The notes under the pieces: generated by a model
The model's database searches: none
The model's input: only the letters and a program-made list of their open reading frames with translations
What the model was told of the DNA's origin: nothing
Position numbers and translations under genes: made by a program
Source of the DNA: a bacterium
Lineage (GTDB): Bacteria; Patescibacteriota; Microgenomatia; Levybacterales; UBA12049
Assembly (NCBI GenBank): GCA_021777565.1
Contig: JAJYDJ010000005.1
Coordinates: 30,400 to 94,399, forward strand
Length of the DNA: 64,000 nucleotides
Direction of reading: 5' to 3'
Shown: positions 54,761 to 64,000 of the stretch, piece by piece
How positions within the stretch are numbered: the first letter of the stretch is position 1
Layout: every line of letters begins with the position of its first letter

Positions 54761-54994
54761 TTACCTCTTATTGTGACTATTTTTTATCTCTATCACAATC
54801 CCCTGAGCAACTGCCAGGAGAAAAAATCCTGCCGCGTACCAGGTCAAGTGCTCTGCAGTAAAGAATACCCACTTAGCAAAAAGTGGTATGGCAAGCACCA
54901 CACAAGCAAGTCCAATCCCTGCACTTAATCGAATATTTTGTCTAGATGCTATAAGGACAAAGATAACCAGAAAAAAGATATCTTGAATTTTCAT
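54761..54994 (-). CDS. Small 2-TM membrane protein (77 aa), translationally coupled between a GtrB-like GT2 and the GT4 fragment
   Basis: Two hydrophobic helices. This resembles the small membrane partners often found next to polyprenyl-phosphate glycosyltransferases. Confidence 0.4.
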   Translation of the reverse strand: MKIQDIFFLVIFVLIASRQNIRLSAGIGLACVVLAIPLFAKWVFFTAEHLTWYAAGFFLLAVAQGIVIEIKNSHNKR

Positions 54995-54995
54995 A

Positions 54996-55937
54996 TTAGT
55001 GTTTTTTTACGGGCGCTATTTCTCTAAACGTCGTCATATGCCTCGCAGCATTTTGATCCATATATACCATCATATCAGCTATAAGACCAGTAAATATTGT
55101 TTGGAGTCCTACAATAACGAAAAGCACACCAATAATTAAAATTGGTCTGTCCCCTACTGTCTGGTGATAGGCATAATGAAGAATAGTTAAATAGCTCAGC
55201 ATTATTAAACCAATAAAAAGTACTAGTGTGCCGGTAAATCCAAAAAAATGCATTGGTCTTTTAATGAATTTCGACACAAAAAGAACAGTGAACATGTCAG
55301 GCCAGTCTTTAAAAATCTTTATAAACCCATACTTAGATTTCCCGTATAGTCGTGGTTTATGATCAACGACAACCTCTGAGATTCGATACCCTTGTTGTTG
55401 TAACATCATCGGAATAAACCGATGCATCCCCCCATAAAGCCTCAAACTTCTCGCAGCCTCCGCAGTATATAACTTAAACCCACAGTTATAATCATGAATC
55501 GTAAGTTTCCAAAAGATTCGTGTCATTGCATTCCAGATCCGAGATGGGATGACCATATATGACTTATCTTTACGATTTTTTCTCCAGCCAGCCACCATGT
55601 CATACCCCTCGTTCATCTTTGCAATAAATTTGGGGATATCATTAGGATTATCCTGTAAATCTGCATCCATGGTCATGATCATGTCACCTTTTGCCTGTGT
55701 AAAAGCAATATTCAGTGCTTCAGATTTGCCACGATTAACGGCAAATGATAGTATGCGGGCATGACTATCTTTGTGCGCAATTTTTTGCATGACCTGTACT
55801 GTCTTATCTGTCGATCCATCATTGAAAAAAAGAAGTTCATATCCAATCTTTTCTTTATGGAGGACGTCAATAATTTTCTTATAGAGGACTGGCAGATTAT
55901 CCTCTTCATTGTACGCGGGTATAACAATGCTGAGCAT
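54996..55937 (-). CDS. Polyprenyl-phosphate glycosyltransferase (GT2; DPM1/GtrB/ArnC-like) with two C-terminal TM helices
   Basis: LSIVIPAYNEEDNL, FFNDGSTD, DADLQD, followed by a C-terminal membrane anchor (FFGFTGTLVLFIGLIMLSYL, ILIIGVLFVIVGLQTIFTGL). Confidence 0.8.
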   Translation of the reverse strand: MLSIVIPAYNEEDNLPVLYKKIIDVLHKEKIGYELLFFNDGSTDKTVQVMQKIAHKDSHARILSFAVNRGKSEALNIAFTQAKGDMIMTMDADLQDNPNDIPKFIAKMNEGYDMVAGWRKNRKDKSYMVIPSRIWNAMTRIFWKLTIHDYNCGFKLYTAEAARSLRLYGGMHRFIPMMLQQQGYRISEVVVDHKPRLYGKSKYGFIKIFKDWPDMFTVLFVSKFIKRPMHFFGFTGTLVLFIGLIMLSYLTILHYAYHQTVGDRPILIIGVLFVIVGLQTIFTGLIADMMVYMDQNAARHMTTFREIAPVKKH

Positions 55938-55976
55938 AGGCGTATTGTAACATGCGCATGCTGAATGAACAATTTT

Positions 55977-57926
55977 TTAAACAAAGACCAGACAGAGAAG
56001 GAAGGCTATCACGATACTACTCATAACATATCCATACCACTTGGTGTCCTCTTGGCTGTAAACAAGTTCTGCAGTATATTGCCCTTGAGGTAAAACAAAC
56101 TCCATATGCGTACTGTCCTGTTTCTCTGGGACAAGCTCTTTACCATTTGTTACTCTTACTCTCCACAATGGGTCATAATTTTCAGAGAAAACTAGCCTAC
56201 TCGCTGAGGTGGCACTGTCGATATCTAGTCCGTACCTGTCAGGAGAGATCATCTGGTAATGCAGTCTCCCCGGACCGAGGAGAGAAAGATGATCCATGGG
56301 CTGTGGGACCGTATAAATCGTTATATTGGAAGTTGTTGTGAGTGCAGCAAGTCCCGAGATCGTTGCTACCTGCGCTACTGCTTGCTGATGCAATTCTTCA
56401 GAATATTTCCAGTCACGAATAAATATTTGTCCTTCTGGATCATCCGGGACTACTACATAGCCAATACTGTTGTTTGCCAAAAAATCTACCCCTTTGGTAG
56501 AAAGATCATCAAGTGTCGCCGACTGGCTACTCTCTGCAAAAAAACCACTAGCATCTACCGCGGGATGCAGAGACGTACTGTCAGCAAAATGTGCTTTTTG
56601 TGGAACCCAAAGTACACGAGAGAATTCTTGATCACTCGCAAGTAATGCACTCAGCTGCACATACTCCTGAGGCAGTGTGTGAGACGCAAATGTACCCCGC
56701 AAAGTAAATGCCTTTCTCTCAACAAAAAGAAATGTTATTACGAGAACACAAAGAAGAACTATACGCAGATTCCTCCTCTTTATATATGAACCTGCTTGTG
56801 CAACTGACAATGTAATCAGGACAGACATTCCCAGTGCAATATAAAGATAAAACTTCGATGGATCTCTGAAGAGATTCATCCCAGGGATGTGTCCATACAT
56901 CCACAAATACTGTTGCCCAAAAGGATCATTTACCCCTTTTGCAAGGAATGCACCTATGAGTGTCAGCAATGCAAAAAGATACACAACTTGTTTTGTTGTT
57001 TTTTCATGTATTATAACCAGTGATGCAAACGCTACAAGTGGGAATAAAAGAAATTCTTCCTGCATAAATCCAACTTTCCCAAAGATATTTTCAGGCCAAT
57101 TTGGATGCAATAGCCCAAGTGTATTTTCTAACTTGGCGAAACTAAAAAAACGAATGGCAGCCTCACTACTTTGTAACACAGCGACTGTCGAATTCGGATT
57201 TTGGTGATACCAGAACAACGGGAATATCCAATACAAGTGGACCAACAATCCTAACGTTAGCGAACTTATCACCGGCACTATATTTCTCCGTTGCCAAATT
57301 GCAAGAAGAGCAATAATTCCTCCGATCATGTATGCAAAACGGATATCTAGTAATATAAGAGCAGAAAAAAGGAAAGATGCAACAGCAACCTGTCTCCTCA
57401 GACCACCTGTCACGTGAATGAAAAGTTGATAGAACGATGTAACCACCACTGGACACAATGCATACGCAAGGGCTACATTCATTTGCCCTCCTTCTACCAA
57501 CATCAGCACGTAGGTATTTGCTACATATATACCAACACCTATCCAGAGCGCCGGAGAAGAGAATGAAAGCTTCGTAAATTTCCTTAAAAAATACCACGCT
57601 GAGAACGTTGCAAGAGCAAGATACGCCCAAAACCAGGCAATTCTTTGCATAAAATCCCACGGGAGATGAAGCAGCGTATGAAAGATAAATACTGTAATTC
57701 TCAGATAACTTTCTACCCACCCATACTTCATCATGGTCTCACCAAAACCATTGCCAAAGACACCATCCCAACTAGGAAGAATGGGGAAGAACTCAACAAG
57801 TCTATCGTTAAAATAATATGGGTGATCAAACCCAGAAATCAAACCAGGAGAAAACCACTTATGAAAGACCATGAGGATAATCACGCAATAAGAAAAAAAT
57901 GGCAGATATTTTTTTATTTTTTGCAT
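55977..57926 (-). CDS. Large polytopic membrane protein (649 aa), putative GT-C-type glycosyltransferase or polymerase, with a C-terminal extracytoplasmic domain and a terminal TM
   Basis: About 13 TM in the first 400 aa, a soluble domain of about 220 aa, and a final TM (WYGYVMSSIVIAFLLCLVFV). No specific family recognised. Confidence 0.5.
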   Translation of the reverse strand: MQKIKKYLPFFSYCVIILMVFHKWFSPGLISGFDHPYYFNDRLVEFFPILPSWDGVFGNGFGETMMKYGWVESYLRITVFIFHTLLHLPWDFMQRIAWFWAYLALATFSAWYFLRKFTKLSFSSPALWIGVGIYVANTYVLMLVEGGQMNVALAYALCPVVVTSFYQLFIHVTGGLRRQVAVASFLFSALILLDIRFAYMIGGIIALLAIWQRRNIVPVISSLTLGLLVHLYWIFPLFWYHQNPNSTVAVLQSSEAAIRFFSFAKLENTLGLLHPNWPENIFGKVGFMQEEFLLFPLVAFASLVIIHEKTTKQVVYLFALLTLIGAFLAKGVNDPFGQQYLWMYGHIPGMNLFRDPSKFYLYIALGMSVLITLSVAQAGSYIKRRNLRIVLLCVLVITFLFVERKAFTLRGTFASHTLPQEYVQLSALLASDQEFSRVLWVPQKAHFADSTSLHPAVDASGFFAESSQSATLDDLSTKGVDFLANNSIGYVVVPDDPEGQIFIRDWKYSEELHQQAVAQVATISGLAALTTTSNITIYTVPQPMDHLSLLGPGRLHYQMISPDRYGLDIDSATSASRLVFSENYDPLWRVRVTNGKELVPEKQDSTHMEFVLPQGQYTAELVYSQEDTKWYGYVMSSIVIAFLLCLVFV

Positions 57927-57928
57927 AC

Positions 57929-59578
57929 CTAGGTCGCCTTTATTTCTTTATAGAGCCACCAGATGAGAAGTACCCAAATCCCTAAAGCCAAATACAGATT
58001 GATGGCATCTAACTTCATCCCCCAAAAGGTATCATGAATAACGGAGATTGGCCTAAAGTATTCAGGGATATTCGCCTGATATAAATAGTATCGTACGGCC
58101 AGCACATACCCCATGACAATAGAGTACGTCATTATTTTTTTAAGTGAAAGTCCTCCTAAAATTGCAAACGGGACGAACCATATCCACCATTGAATAGAAA
58201 TAAATGGGAGCATGATAAGAAACACCAGCATAATGATAAGCATTTCCTGAATAAGTGTCTTGCGCGACCTGAGGAATACCCAACCATACGCAAGAAGTAA
58301 ACTTCCATAAAGGAAAATTCTATCTATTTGTGCACTATGTAAAATTTTAAATACTGCTCTCACAGGCAGAAGTGTTGGGTATAATTGGTACAAATACGCT
58401 GAGATAAAGGATGTCCCCCAGAAATTAAGTTCTATGCCATAATTGACAAAATTATTCATAACTTCTCTATAGCTGAGCATGAATGGCACTATCATTGATA
58501 CTGAAAGTGGCATAAGTGCAATGAATGTAAAGAGTATTTTTTCTTTCCATGTTGGCAATCGTTTCAAGAACAATGGCAAGAAGATAACAGGGAAAACTTT
58601 TAATGCGATCCCTGCGCTTAGTGCCCATGCAGAAGATAACTTTTTATTTTTCTCAAACAGCGTCCACGCAACAAGGCTGCAAAAGATCCAAATACTATCA
58701 ATTTGTCCATGGAACCCACTGACAAGTACCGCAACTGGATTAAGCGCGTATAGTAGGGCCCACAGGAATGCAGAAGACTGCTTTTTAGGACGCGAAAAGA
58801 ACGAGAAAATCAAAAGAGTAATACCAACATCAGAAAGAATAGATGGCAACTTAGATAGAAATACGAAGGAAGCTTGTGTAAACCAACTTATATACTGTAG
58901 CCCAACAAGCATAGCCAGCCACAACGGTGGATACGCATAGTTCGCATCACTGTACGGATTATGTCCTGACAAGTAACTAAATACTAGTTGTATATGGACA
59001 CTCGTATCCATAGTGCCATAGAAGTGTGTTGCCAACCAAGCTCGAGGTATATAGGCAATAATTGCCAGCACAATATATGGGAGAAGTTTTTTTACTTTTC
59101 TAAATGGTAATGAGGGGAGAGAAAAAGTTCCAAAAGTAACTTTTTGTTCTGTAAAGTAGCGAACGACACTCAATATGAGTGCCCCATACGCAACAAATGC
59201 TATTTCATCTGCAAATGAATCGCTATGTATGAAGTGGAGCGCAAATGCACTGAGGAGACTTACCATTCCAGCGAGAAGTAAAAATCTACTGGACAAACGA
59301 TATACTGCTACAAGTAAACCCGCACCAATTATCATTATAACCTCCCTGGTAAAAATAAGATTTGTGTATGGCAATTTATTCAGACAGACAAGTAATGTCA
59401 TGAAAGAAACAATACCAACTATTTTTTTGGAGGTAATTCCACACACATAGAAGACAAACATAATTGCAACATATCCTAAGATAGTAGGATAAATGTGAAT
59501 AAATGGACTCAGCAGGAAAACTTTCTCAAGTAGAAAAAGACCTGCTAGTGCACCTAATGTAATACTAAGATTTTTCAT
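57929..59578 (-). CDS. Polytopic membrane protein (549 aa), putative GT-C glycosyltransferase
   Basis: More than 14 TM helices, aromatic-rich. Coupled to both the upstream and downstream genes. Confidence 0.5.
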   Translation of the reverse strand: MKNLSITLGALAGLFLLEKVFLLSPFIHIYPTILGYVAIMFVFYVCGITSKKIVGIVSFMTLLVCLNKLPYTNLIFTREVIMIIGAGLLVAVYRLSSRFLLLAGMVSLLSAFALHFIHSDSFADEIAFVAYGALILSVVRYFTEQKVTFGTFSLPSLPFRKVKKLLPYIVLAIIAYIPRAWLATHFYGTMDTSVHIQLVFSYLSGHNPYSDANYAYPPLWLAMLVGLQYISWFTQASFVFLSKLPSILSDVGITLLIFSFFSRPKKQSSAFLWALLYALNPVAVLVSGFHGQIDSIWIFCSLVAWTLFEKNKKLSSAWALSAGIALKVFPVIFLPLFLKRLPTWKEKILFTFIALMPLSVSMIVPFMLSYREVMNNFVNYGIELNFWGTSFISAYLYQLYPTLLPVRAVFKILHSAQIDRIFLYGSLLLAYGWVFLRSRKTLIQEMLIIMLVFLIMLPFISIQWWIWFVPFAILGGLSLKKIMTYSIVMGYVLAVRYYLYQANIPEYFRPISVIHDTFWGMKLDAINLYLALGIWVLLIWWLYKEIKAT

Positions 59579-62500
59579 ATGTTCGAGTTCTCCATAAAAT
59601 AATCAAGCACCCAATAAGTGTCAGTATACTTATCCCTGCTCCGATCACAAACCCCACTTGTGGCATAAAAACAAGAGAGATTGTGTGTGGTGCCCAATCT
59701 TGGTAATCTGATTGATCAATATACCATGCGTTTGCAAATGAGTTCGCTTGAAAATGTCTTCGCTCTGGAACCGGCTTCTCGTCAACAAAAAGCTTCCAAC
59801 TTGGATAATAGGTATCTGGTAGATATACCAGACCTGACATTGGCTTTGTCAGTCTTGTTACATAATATGTATTATTTAATTTTGATAGTGGGATTATTGG
59901 CTGTGGGGCAAGTGCACGAGTTGTTACAAACAAGAATGAATTTTGTAACGGTTCTTGCTCGAGTGTGACATTACTTACTGACATTGCATGTTCTACAATG
60001 ACTGAATATGCAGTCGGTTTTTGTTTAGGAGAAAATATTATATCGAAATCATGAGACTGTCCATCTAAAACTGGCAAAATCTCACGTATCCCGTCTTCTG
60101 ATGAAACTGTCGGCACAATGCGAACATACCCAGAAGTGTCGGGAGACAATGTATATACAATATGTAAACGATAGGACATCTCTGGAGAAAGCATTGGTGT
60201 TTGCCATATTGTTTTCCCAGGGGTTTGTTCCATCTCAGTTAACTCTGTTGGGAACGTAGCATGAACAGTGTGCATCCCTGCTGACAAATACAAAGGTTTC
60301 GTAGGATCAAATTCTTTCCCATCAAGAGACAAGGAAAGTATATTTTTATCTGAGAGTGGCGTTGAGATACGATACATGTCACCAGAGATGACTGAAAGCT
60401 GATAGTCTTGTTGGCCCCACATTTGGACATACCCGACCTGTTGATACAATGACTGCATGTGATTCGCAAGACCAACGAGAAGATCTTTGCTTGTTTGATC
60501 ACCCATGTCGATATTGATGAAGATGTCACTAAGGAAACTCAGGACATGTAAGGCATACGTTGTGTTATACGGACTCGGATTGGCTTGTGATATTGCAGCT
60601 ACTTGATCTAAATCTTTTTTAATAGCTTCAAATACTAGCTGATAACTTTGACTATCTTTACTTCGATCAATTGAGAGTAAAAATGCAGTATTTTTCAAAC
60701 TATTTCCAAGTAGGTAGTTCAGTTTTTCTGAGCCAGAAAGACTTTGTGCTGTTTGCGTCTGTTTATTAAGATCTCGTTTGACAAACCAAGGACTCGAGAA
60801 AATTCTTTTAAATACGTTAACTGTAGGGAGCTTCAATTCTAAGTGAGGGAGGTTGCAGGTAATACACTCTGCACTAATCGCTTCATTTGCCTCGAAAGGG
60901 AGATGATCTCCTTTTGGATCAATAGTCATTGTTGCCCCTTGAGTACCAGAGGTCACAAGAGAAAGCGCACTCGATGTGTCAACTGATGTCGCAATAATTT
61001 GAGCCTGGGATGTTGTAATACCATCATGCAACGAATATATATCCCACATCCCAAATGTCTTCACTTTTGAGAACATCTTCATGTGTTCTATCGCATTGGT
61101 AAATATCGCTGGGTCCTCTGCAGGAATCCACGCTAACTTCCTCTCAACATCCCGCTGGACAATAACGTGGGTAACGCCAAGCAAATGCAATAATTGTTCT
61201 GTCTTTTGTTCATTATGATCACGAAGACTCTGATAGATTTGAGAAAGAATAATATTCTCTGAAGAAGTAATTGATGTATTATTCGTAAAGTTCGTTTGTT
61301 GCATTAATAATGATGTTGGAGGATTCCCAAAACTGTAATAGCCCCATTGATACGCAATACCATCCCACTGCGCATTTAATGGAGGAAGTACAAGAAATTT
61401 ATCAGACTGTGGCTGCACTTTTGCCCATTGATCAAAATCATTCACATACGGCGGAACTGAGACAAGAAGAGAAAGCGGTCTATTCCAGTCAAACATGTGT
61501 CGTTGAAAATAAGGAAAGTTGTAAAATCCTAAGATGACGATAAAACACACAAGTCCAGCATACCCAATGCGTTTTGGCACTCTGGCAAGAATCATTTCAA
61601 TACCCAATCCGATAAGTAATGCCGTACTAATAGAAATCAGATAGTTAAACTTAAACCACGCACTTCTTAAAATAAGAAATCCTGGCACATGGACAAAAAA
61701 GAACTCAAAAAGTGTACCTGTTGGTGGGTGTGATCCCGCAGCGAAAAACATCCCAACAAGAAGAATCCCTAAGAAAATTATCGCATATTTCTTTATCTTG
61801 TCATTGCTTAAAATCACGCCACATAAGGCCAGTGGAACCCATAGGAAACTTCCCAGTACCAGAAGGGGATTCGTCAGGAAGAACGGACCAAATGGATGGC
61901 TCGTTCCCTTTTCATACCAGCCAGGTTCTCCTTGTAATTGAAAAAGATGCAAAAGTGATGCACTAACACTCACGCTCCTGAGCCAATTAATAGGACCATC
62001 CACACTAATACTCCCTATCGCATCAAAAATAGTGTGGGTGAACTGCCAAAATGGGATGATCCAATAGGCATCAAGCAGAAAAAGTGCTGCGGCAGTGCTT
62101 GCGGCAAAAGTAATAAGTCGTTTTGCTCCTTTTATAAGTGGTTCATTCTCATCACTGTTGACATACCAGACACCCAGCCCAAAGATTGTTATAAATATCA
62201 TCATCCCTGCATAGAGAGGAAGACCTTCGCTCCCATCTGCATTAAAAACAAAAAGCGTAAGAGCAGATAAAATACTTGCTCTTACAATCGACATCTTTTT
62301 TACTAACATTCTGAACACCAAAGACCCCACAAGGGTAGTTGCAATAATCATTGAGAATCTTGTTCTCTCAATCACCGGCCATGCTTGTAAAGTAAAGCTA
62401 TTAAACATGAGAAAAAGTGCAGCAATGAGGGGGAACAAACGTAGCTTTTTATCGCTTATTGTCCTTGCAAAGATATACTGAGCAAACCCAATCATGAAGA

Positions 62501-62855
62501 ACCATGAAACAAAGATTACTTTTTGCTGCATTTGTGGAGAAAGTCCTAATGCTGCGGTAAGAGCTTCCTGACCATGCAAGAAGATACCACCGACGCTCAT
62601 TGAAGTATCTTGCCCAAACCCAAAACGATTAGTCCACAAAAATAGTCTGTCAATAAAGTTGACTACTGAATCTAGTGGATACCCCGAATCAAAGCCAGTA
62701 ATAAATGCATTCCCCGTAAACCAAAAAAGAGGAGTTAGACTCACAAGAAAGAGAATTATTAAATCAATAGGTATGCGATGTAATAGTGTTTCTTTCTTCA
62801 TAACAAGTATGTTTGTAAAAAAACTTGTGCCTTGCTCGAGTATAGCATGAATCAT
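59565..62855 (-). CDS. 1096-aa membrane protein with AftD/DUF3367-like architecture: N-terminal GT-C-type TM domain, a large extracytoplasmic domain of about 600 aa, and a C-terminal TM anchor
   Basis: TM-rich first 480 aa, long soluble region, terminal TM (VGFVIGAGISILTLIGCLIIL). The architecture resembles actinobacterial arabinofuranosyltransferase AftD. Assignment is by architecture only. Confidence 0.45.
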   Translation of the reverse strand: MIHAILEQGTSFFTNILVMKKETLLHRIPIDLIILFLVSLTPLFWFTGNAFITGFDSGYPLDSVVNFIDRLFLWTNRFGFGQDTSMSVGGIFLHGQEALTAALGLSPQMQQKVIFVSWFFMIGFAQYIFARTISDKKLRLFPLIAALFLMFNSFTLQAWPVIERTRFSMIIATTLVGSLVFRMLVKKMSIVRASILSALTLFVFNADGSEGLPLYAGMMIFITIFGLGVWYVNSDENEPLIKGAKRLITFAASTAAALFLLDAYWIIPFWQFTHTIFDAIGSISVDGPINWLRSVSVSASLLHLFQLQGEPGWYEKGTSHPFGPFFLTNPLLVLGSFLWVPLALCGVILSNDKIKKYAIIFLGILLVGMFFAAGSHPPTGTLFEFFFVHVPGFLILRSAWFKFNYLISISTALLIGLGIEMILARVPKRIGYAGLVCFIVILGFYNFPYFQRHMFDWNRPLSLLVSVPPYVNDFDQWAKVQPQSDKFLVLPPLNAQWDGIAYQWGYYSFGNPPTSLLMQQTNFTNNTSITSSENIILSQIYQSLRDHNEQKTEQLLHLLGVTHVIVQRDVERKLAWIPAEDPAIFTNAIEHMKMFSKVKTFGMWDIYSLHDGITTSQAQIIATSVDTSSALSLVTSGTQGATMTIDPKGDHLPFEANEAISAECITCNLPHLELKLPTVNVFKRIFSSPWFVKRDLNKQTQTAQSLSGSEKLNYLLGNSLKNTAFLLSIDRSKDSQSYQLVFEAIKKDLDQVAAISQANPSPYNTTYALHVLSFLSDIFINIDMGDQTSKDLLVGLANHMQSLYQQVGYVQMWGQQDYQLSVISGDMYRISTPLSDKNILSLSLDGKEFDPTKPLYLSAGMHTVHATFPTELTEMEQTPGKTIWQTPMLSPEMSYRLHIVYTLSPDTSGYVRIVPTVSSEDGIREILPVLDGQSHDFDIIFSPKQKPTAYSVIVEHAMSVSNVTLEQEPLQNSFLFVTTRALAPQPIIPLSKLNNTYYVTRLTKPMSGLVYLPDTYYPSWKLFVDEKPVPERRHFQANSFANAWYIDQSDYQDWAPHTISLVFMPQVGFVIGAGISILTLIGCLIILWRTRTYEKS

Positions 62856-63008
62856 ACCAGAGTATCTATAATTTTCACATACTATTTTTAGATTTATACA
62901 AAGGTAATCTTTCAGGGGAAATACAGACTTATTATTTTTAGATCATAAACGAGCATCTGTGACCACAATTACAAATTGATACATTAATTTGTATGAAGTA
63001 AGTGCTTA

Positions 63009-64000
63009 TTACAATTCTATGTCATTATATGCAGCCAAATCACCAATGAGGGCACGAAAGTATGACAGGGGAACAGATTTCTTAATATGTAAGAAAATAG
63101 TCTCATCACTTACTTTGCGGATATTTTTCTGCACTCTCTCCCTGTCTTCAAGAAGTCTACCCAGATTGCTTATGTTCCACCACATTGCACGCTGAATCGC
63201 AAGGAAGAAAACAAATGTATGAAATTTCACTACACTCCCAAAAGCAAACAGTTCACAGATGGCTGCATGAAAAGGTATCATGATGAATGCATGTTTGGTA
63301 TCTAAGTTTTTAATCAGTGATGCAAGCCTATTTTTAAATGAATGGTAGTAGACGAAAGTTGAAGGAAGATGTTGTGACGTTTGGCTTCCTACATGTTCGA
63401 CAACAGACGTCGGCACATAGTATAGCTTATATCCAGCAAGCCAAAGTCTCCAACACAAATCAGTCTCCTCAAAATATGCAAAATAGTCCTTATCGAACAA
63501 ACCAAACACTTTCTCAATTGCACTTTTTCTCAGAAGTAAGCAAGATCCGTTTGCAGAGAAAACAGGAATCATTTTGTTATATTTTAGGTCTTTGGGATTC
63601 TTGCCAAATCCGTAATGATATAAAAATCCTGTATCAGTTAAAAACGATGCTCCCGCCTGCAGTTGTTTTGTCTTCTCCATTAAAATTTTTGGTTGCACAC
63701 CAGCAATGAATGCTTCCTTTTCTATCGCATCCACTAAAATATCTAAAAAGTTTGATGGCACATAGACATCATTGTTAATTAACAACACATATTTACCTTT
63801 TGCAAAAGGAAGGCCTTGATTATTTCCTTCTGCAAAGCCTTTGTTTGTTTTATTCACGACGAATTTTGCATGAGGAAAAGCTTTTTTCATCATGGCAAGA
63901 CTGTTATCAGTTGAACCATTGTCGACGATAATGTATTCAAGATTTTTATAAGCACATTTTTTCATCGTCGCAAGAAATTTGGGAATATGTGATGCGCCAT
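63009..64000 (-). CDS. GT2 family glycosyltransferase, 5-prime partial (the frame is open to the window end)
   Basis: EYIIVDNGSTDNS, LLINNDV, YFEETDLCWR motifs. The in-frame codons upstream of the first ATG (…GASHIPKFLAT-MKKCAY…) contain no stop before position 64000, so the true N-terminus lies outside the window. Confidence 0.75.
   Translation of the reverse strand, partial: GASHIPKFLATMKKCAYKNLEYIIVDNGSTDNSLAMMKKAFPHAKFVVNKTNKGFAEGNNQGLPFAKGKYVLLINNDVYVPSNFLDILVDAIEKEAFIAGVQPKILMEKTKQLQAGASFLTDTGFLYHYGFGKNPKDLKYNKMIPVFSANGSCLLLRKSAIEKVFGLFDKDYFAYFEETDLCWRLWLAGYKLYYVPTSVVEHVGSQTSQHLPSTFVYYHSFKNRLASLIKNLDTKHAFIMIPFHAAICELFAFGSVVKFHTFVFFLAIQRAMWWNISNLGRLLEDRERVQKNIRKVSDETIFLHIKKSVPLSYFRALIGDLAAYNDIEL

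Noticed and set aside
62856-63008. The 8-bp inverted repeat TACAAATT-N8-AATTTGTA in the GT2 to AftD-like intergenic region as a regulator binding site
   Set aside because: It is AT-rich and short, and could equally be a weak terminator stem. It is an isolated occurrence with no second copy in the window.
1-64000. CRISPR arrays, transposases, integrases, reverse transcriptases, group II introns and rRNA genes
   Set aside because: No regularly spaced direct repeats were seen in non-coding stretches. No ORF carries recognisable DDE, tyrosine or serine recombinase or reverse transcriptase motifs. No segment resembles rRNA.

Overview
This 64-kb window comes from a low-GC (about 42-46 %) bacterium. 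It has near-consensus sigma70-type promoters, a T-box riboswitch, and few strong Shine-Dalgarno sites. The content is almost entirely chromosomal core genes, and most of them lie on the minus strand.

Gene content by region:
- gatA (partial) and gatC, followed by an M20 peptidase.
- An operon reading bshB-bshA-unknown 548-aa gene. The first two products match a bacillithiol-type thiol pathway (GT4 glycosyltransferase plus LmbE/PIG-L deacetylase).
- murT-gatD, the genes for lipid II isoglutamine amidation.
- lemA, htpX and polX.
- Three tRNA genes, Asp-GTC, Gly-CCC and Val-CAC, each next to a strong promoter.
- A LysM protein.
- A fragmented dcw (division and cell wall) cluster. mraY-ftsW-murG-(ftsQ-like)-ftsA lie on the plus strand at 13.9-18.8 kb. 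mraZ-rsmH-ftsL-ftsI lie on the minus strand at 32.9-36.2 kb. ftsZ stands alone at 29.4-30.6 kb, upstream of an unknown gene and then ileS.
- lepB, parB, rplU-rpmA and rodA.
- An ABC-F ATPase and a Lnu-like nucleotidyltransferase inserted between ftsI and ftsZ.
- A T-box-regulated eukaryote-type glyS, and recO.
- A roughly 25-kb unidirectional cell-envelope glycosylation locus at 39.4-64 kb. It holds a DUF4012 gene, a phosphoglycosyl transferase, manC, six GT4 and GT2 transferases, an acetyltransferase, an O-antigen-ligase-like giant and four large GT-C-like membrane proteins.

The most unusual feature is a GC-rich island of about 0.5 kb at 21.2-21.8 kb, next to tRNA-Val. It has a perfect sigma70 promoter, a highly structured leader and a 95-codon ORF with a Shine-Dalgarno site. 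It encodes either a small unknown protein or a structured RNA.

No CRISPR arrays, transposases, integrases, reverse transcriptases or rRNA genes were seen. Every call rests on reading the sequence and translations only; no database search was run.
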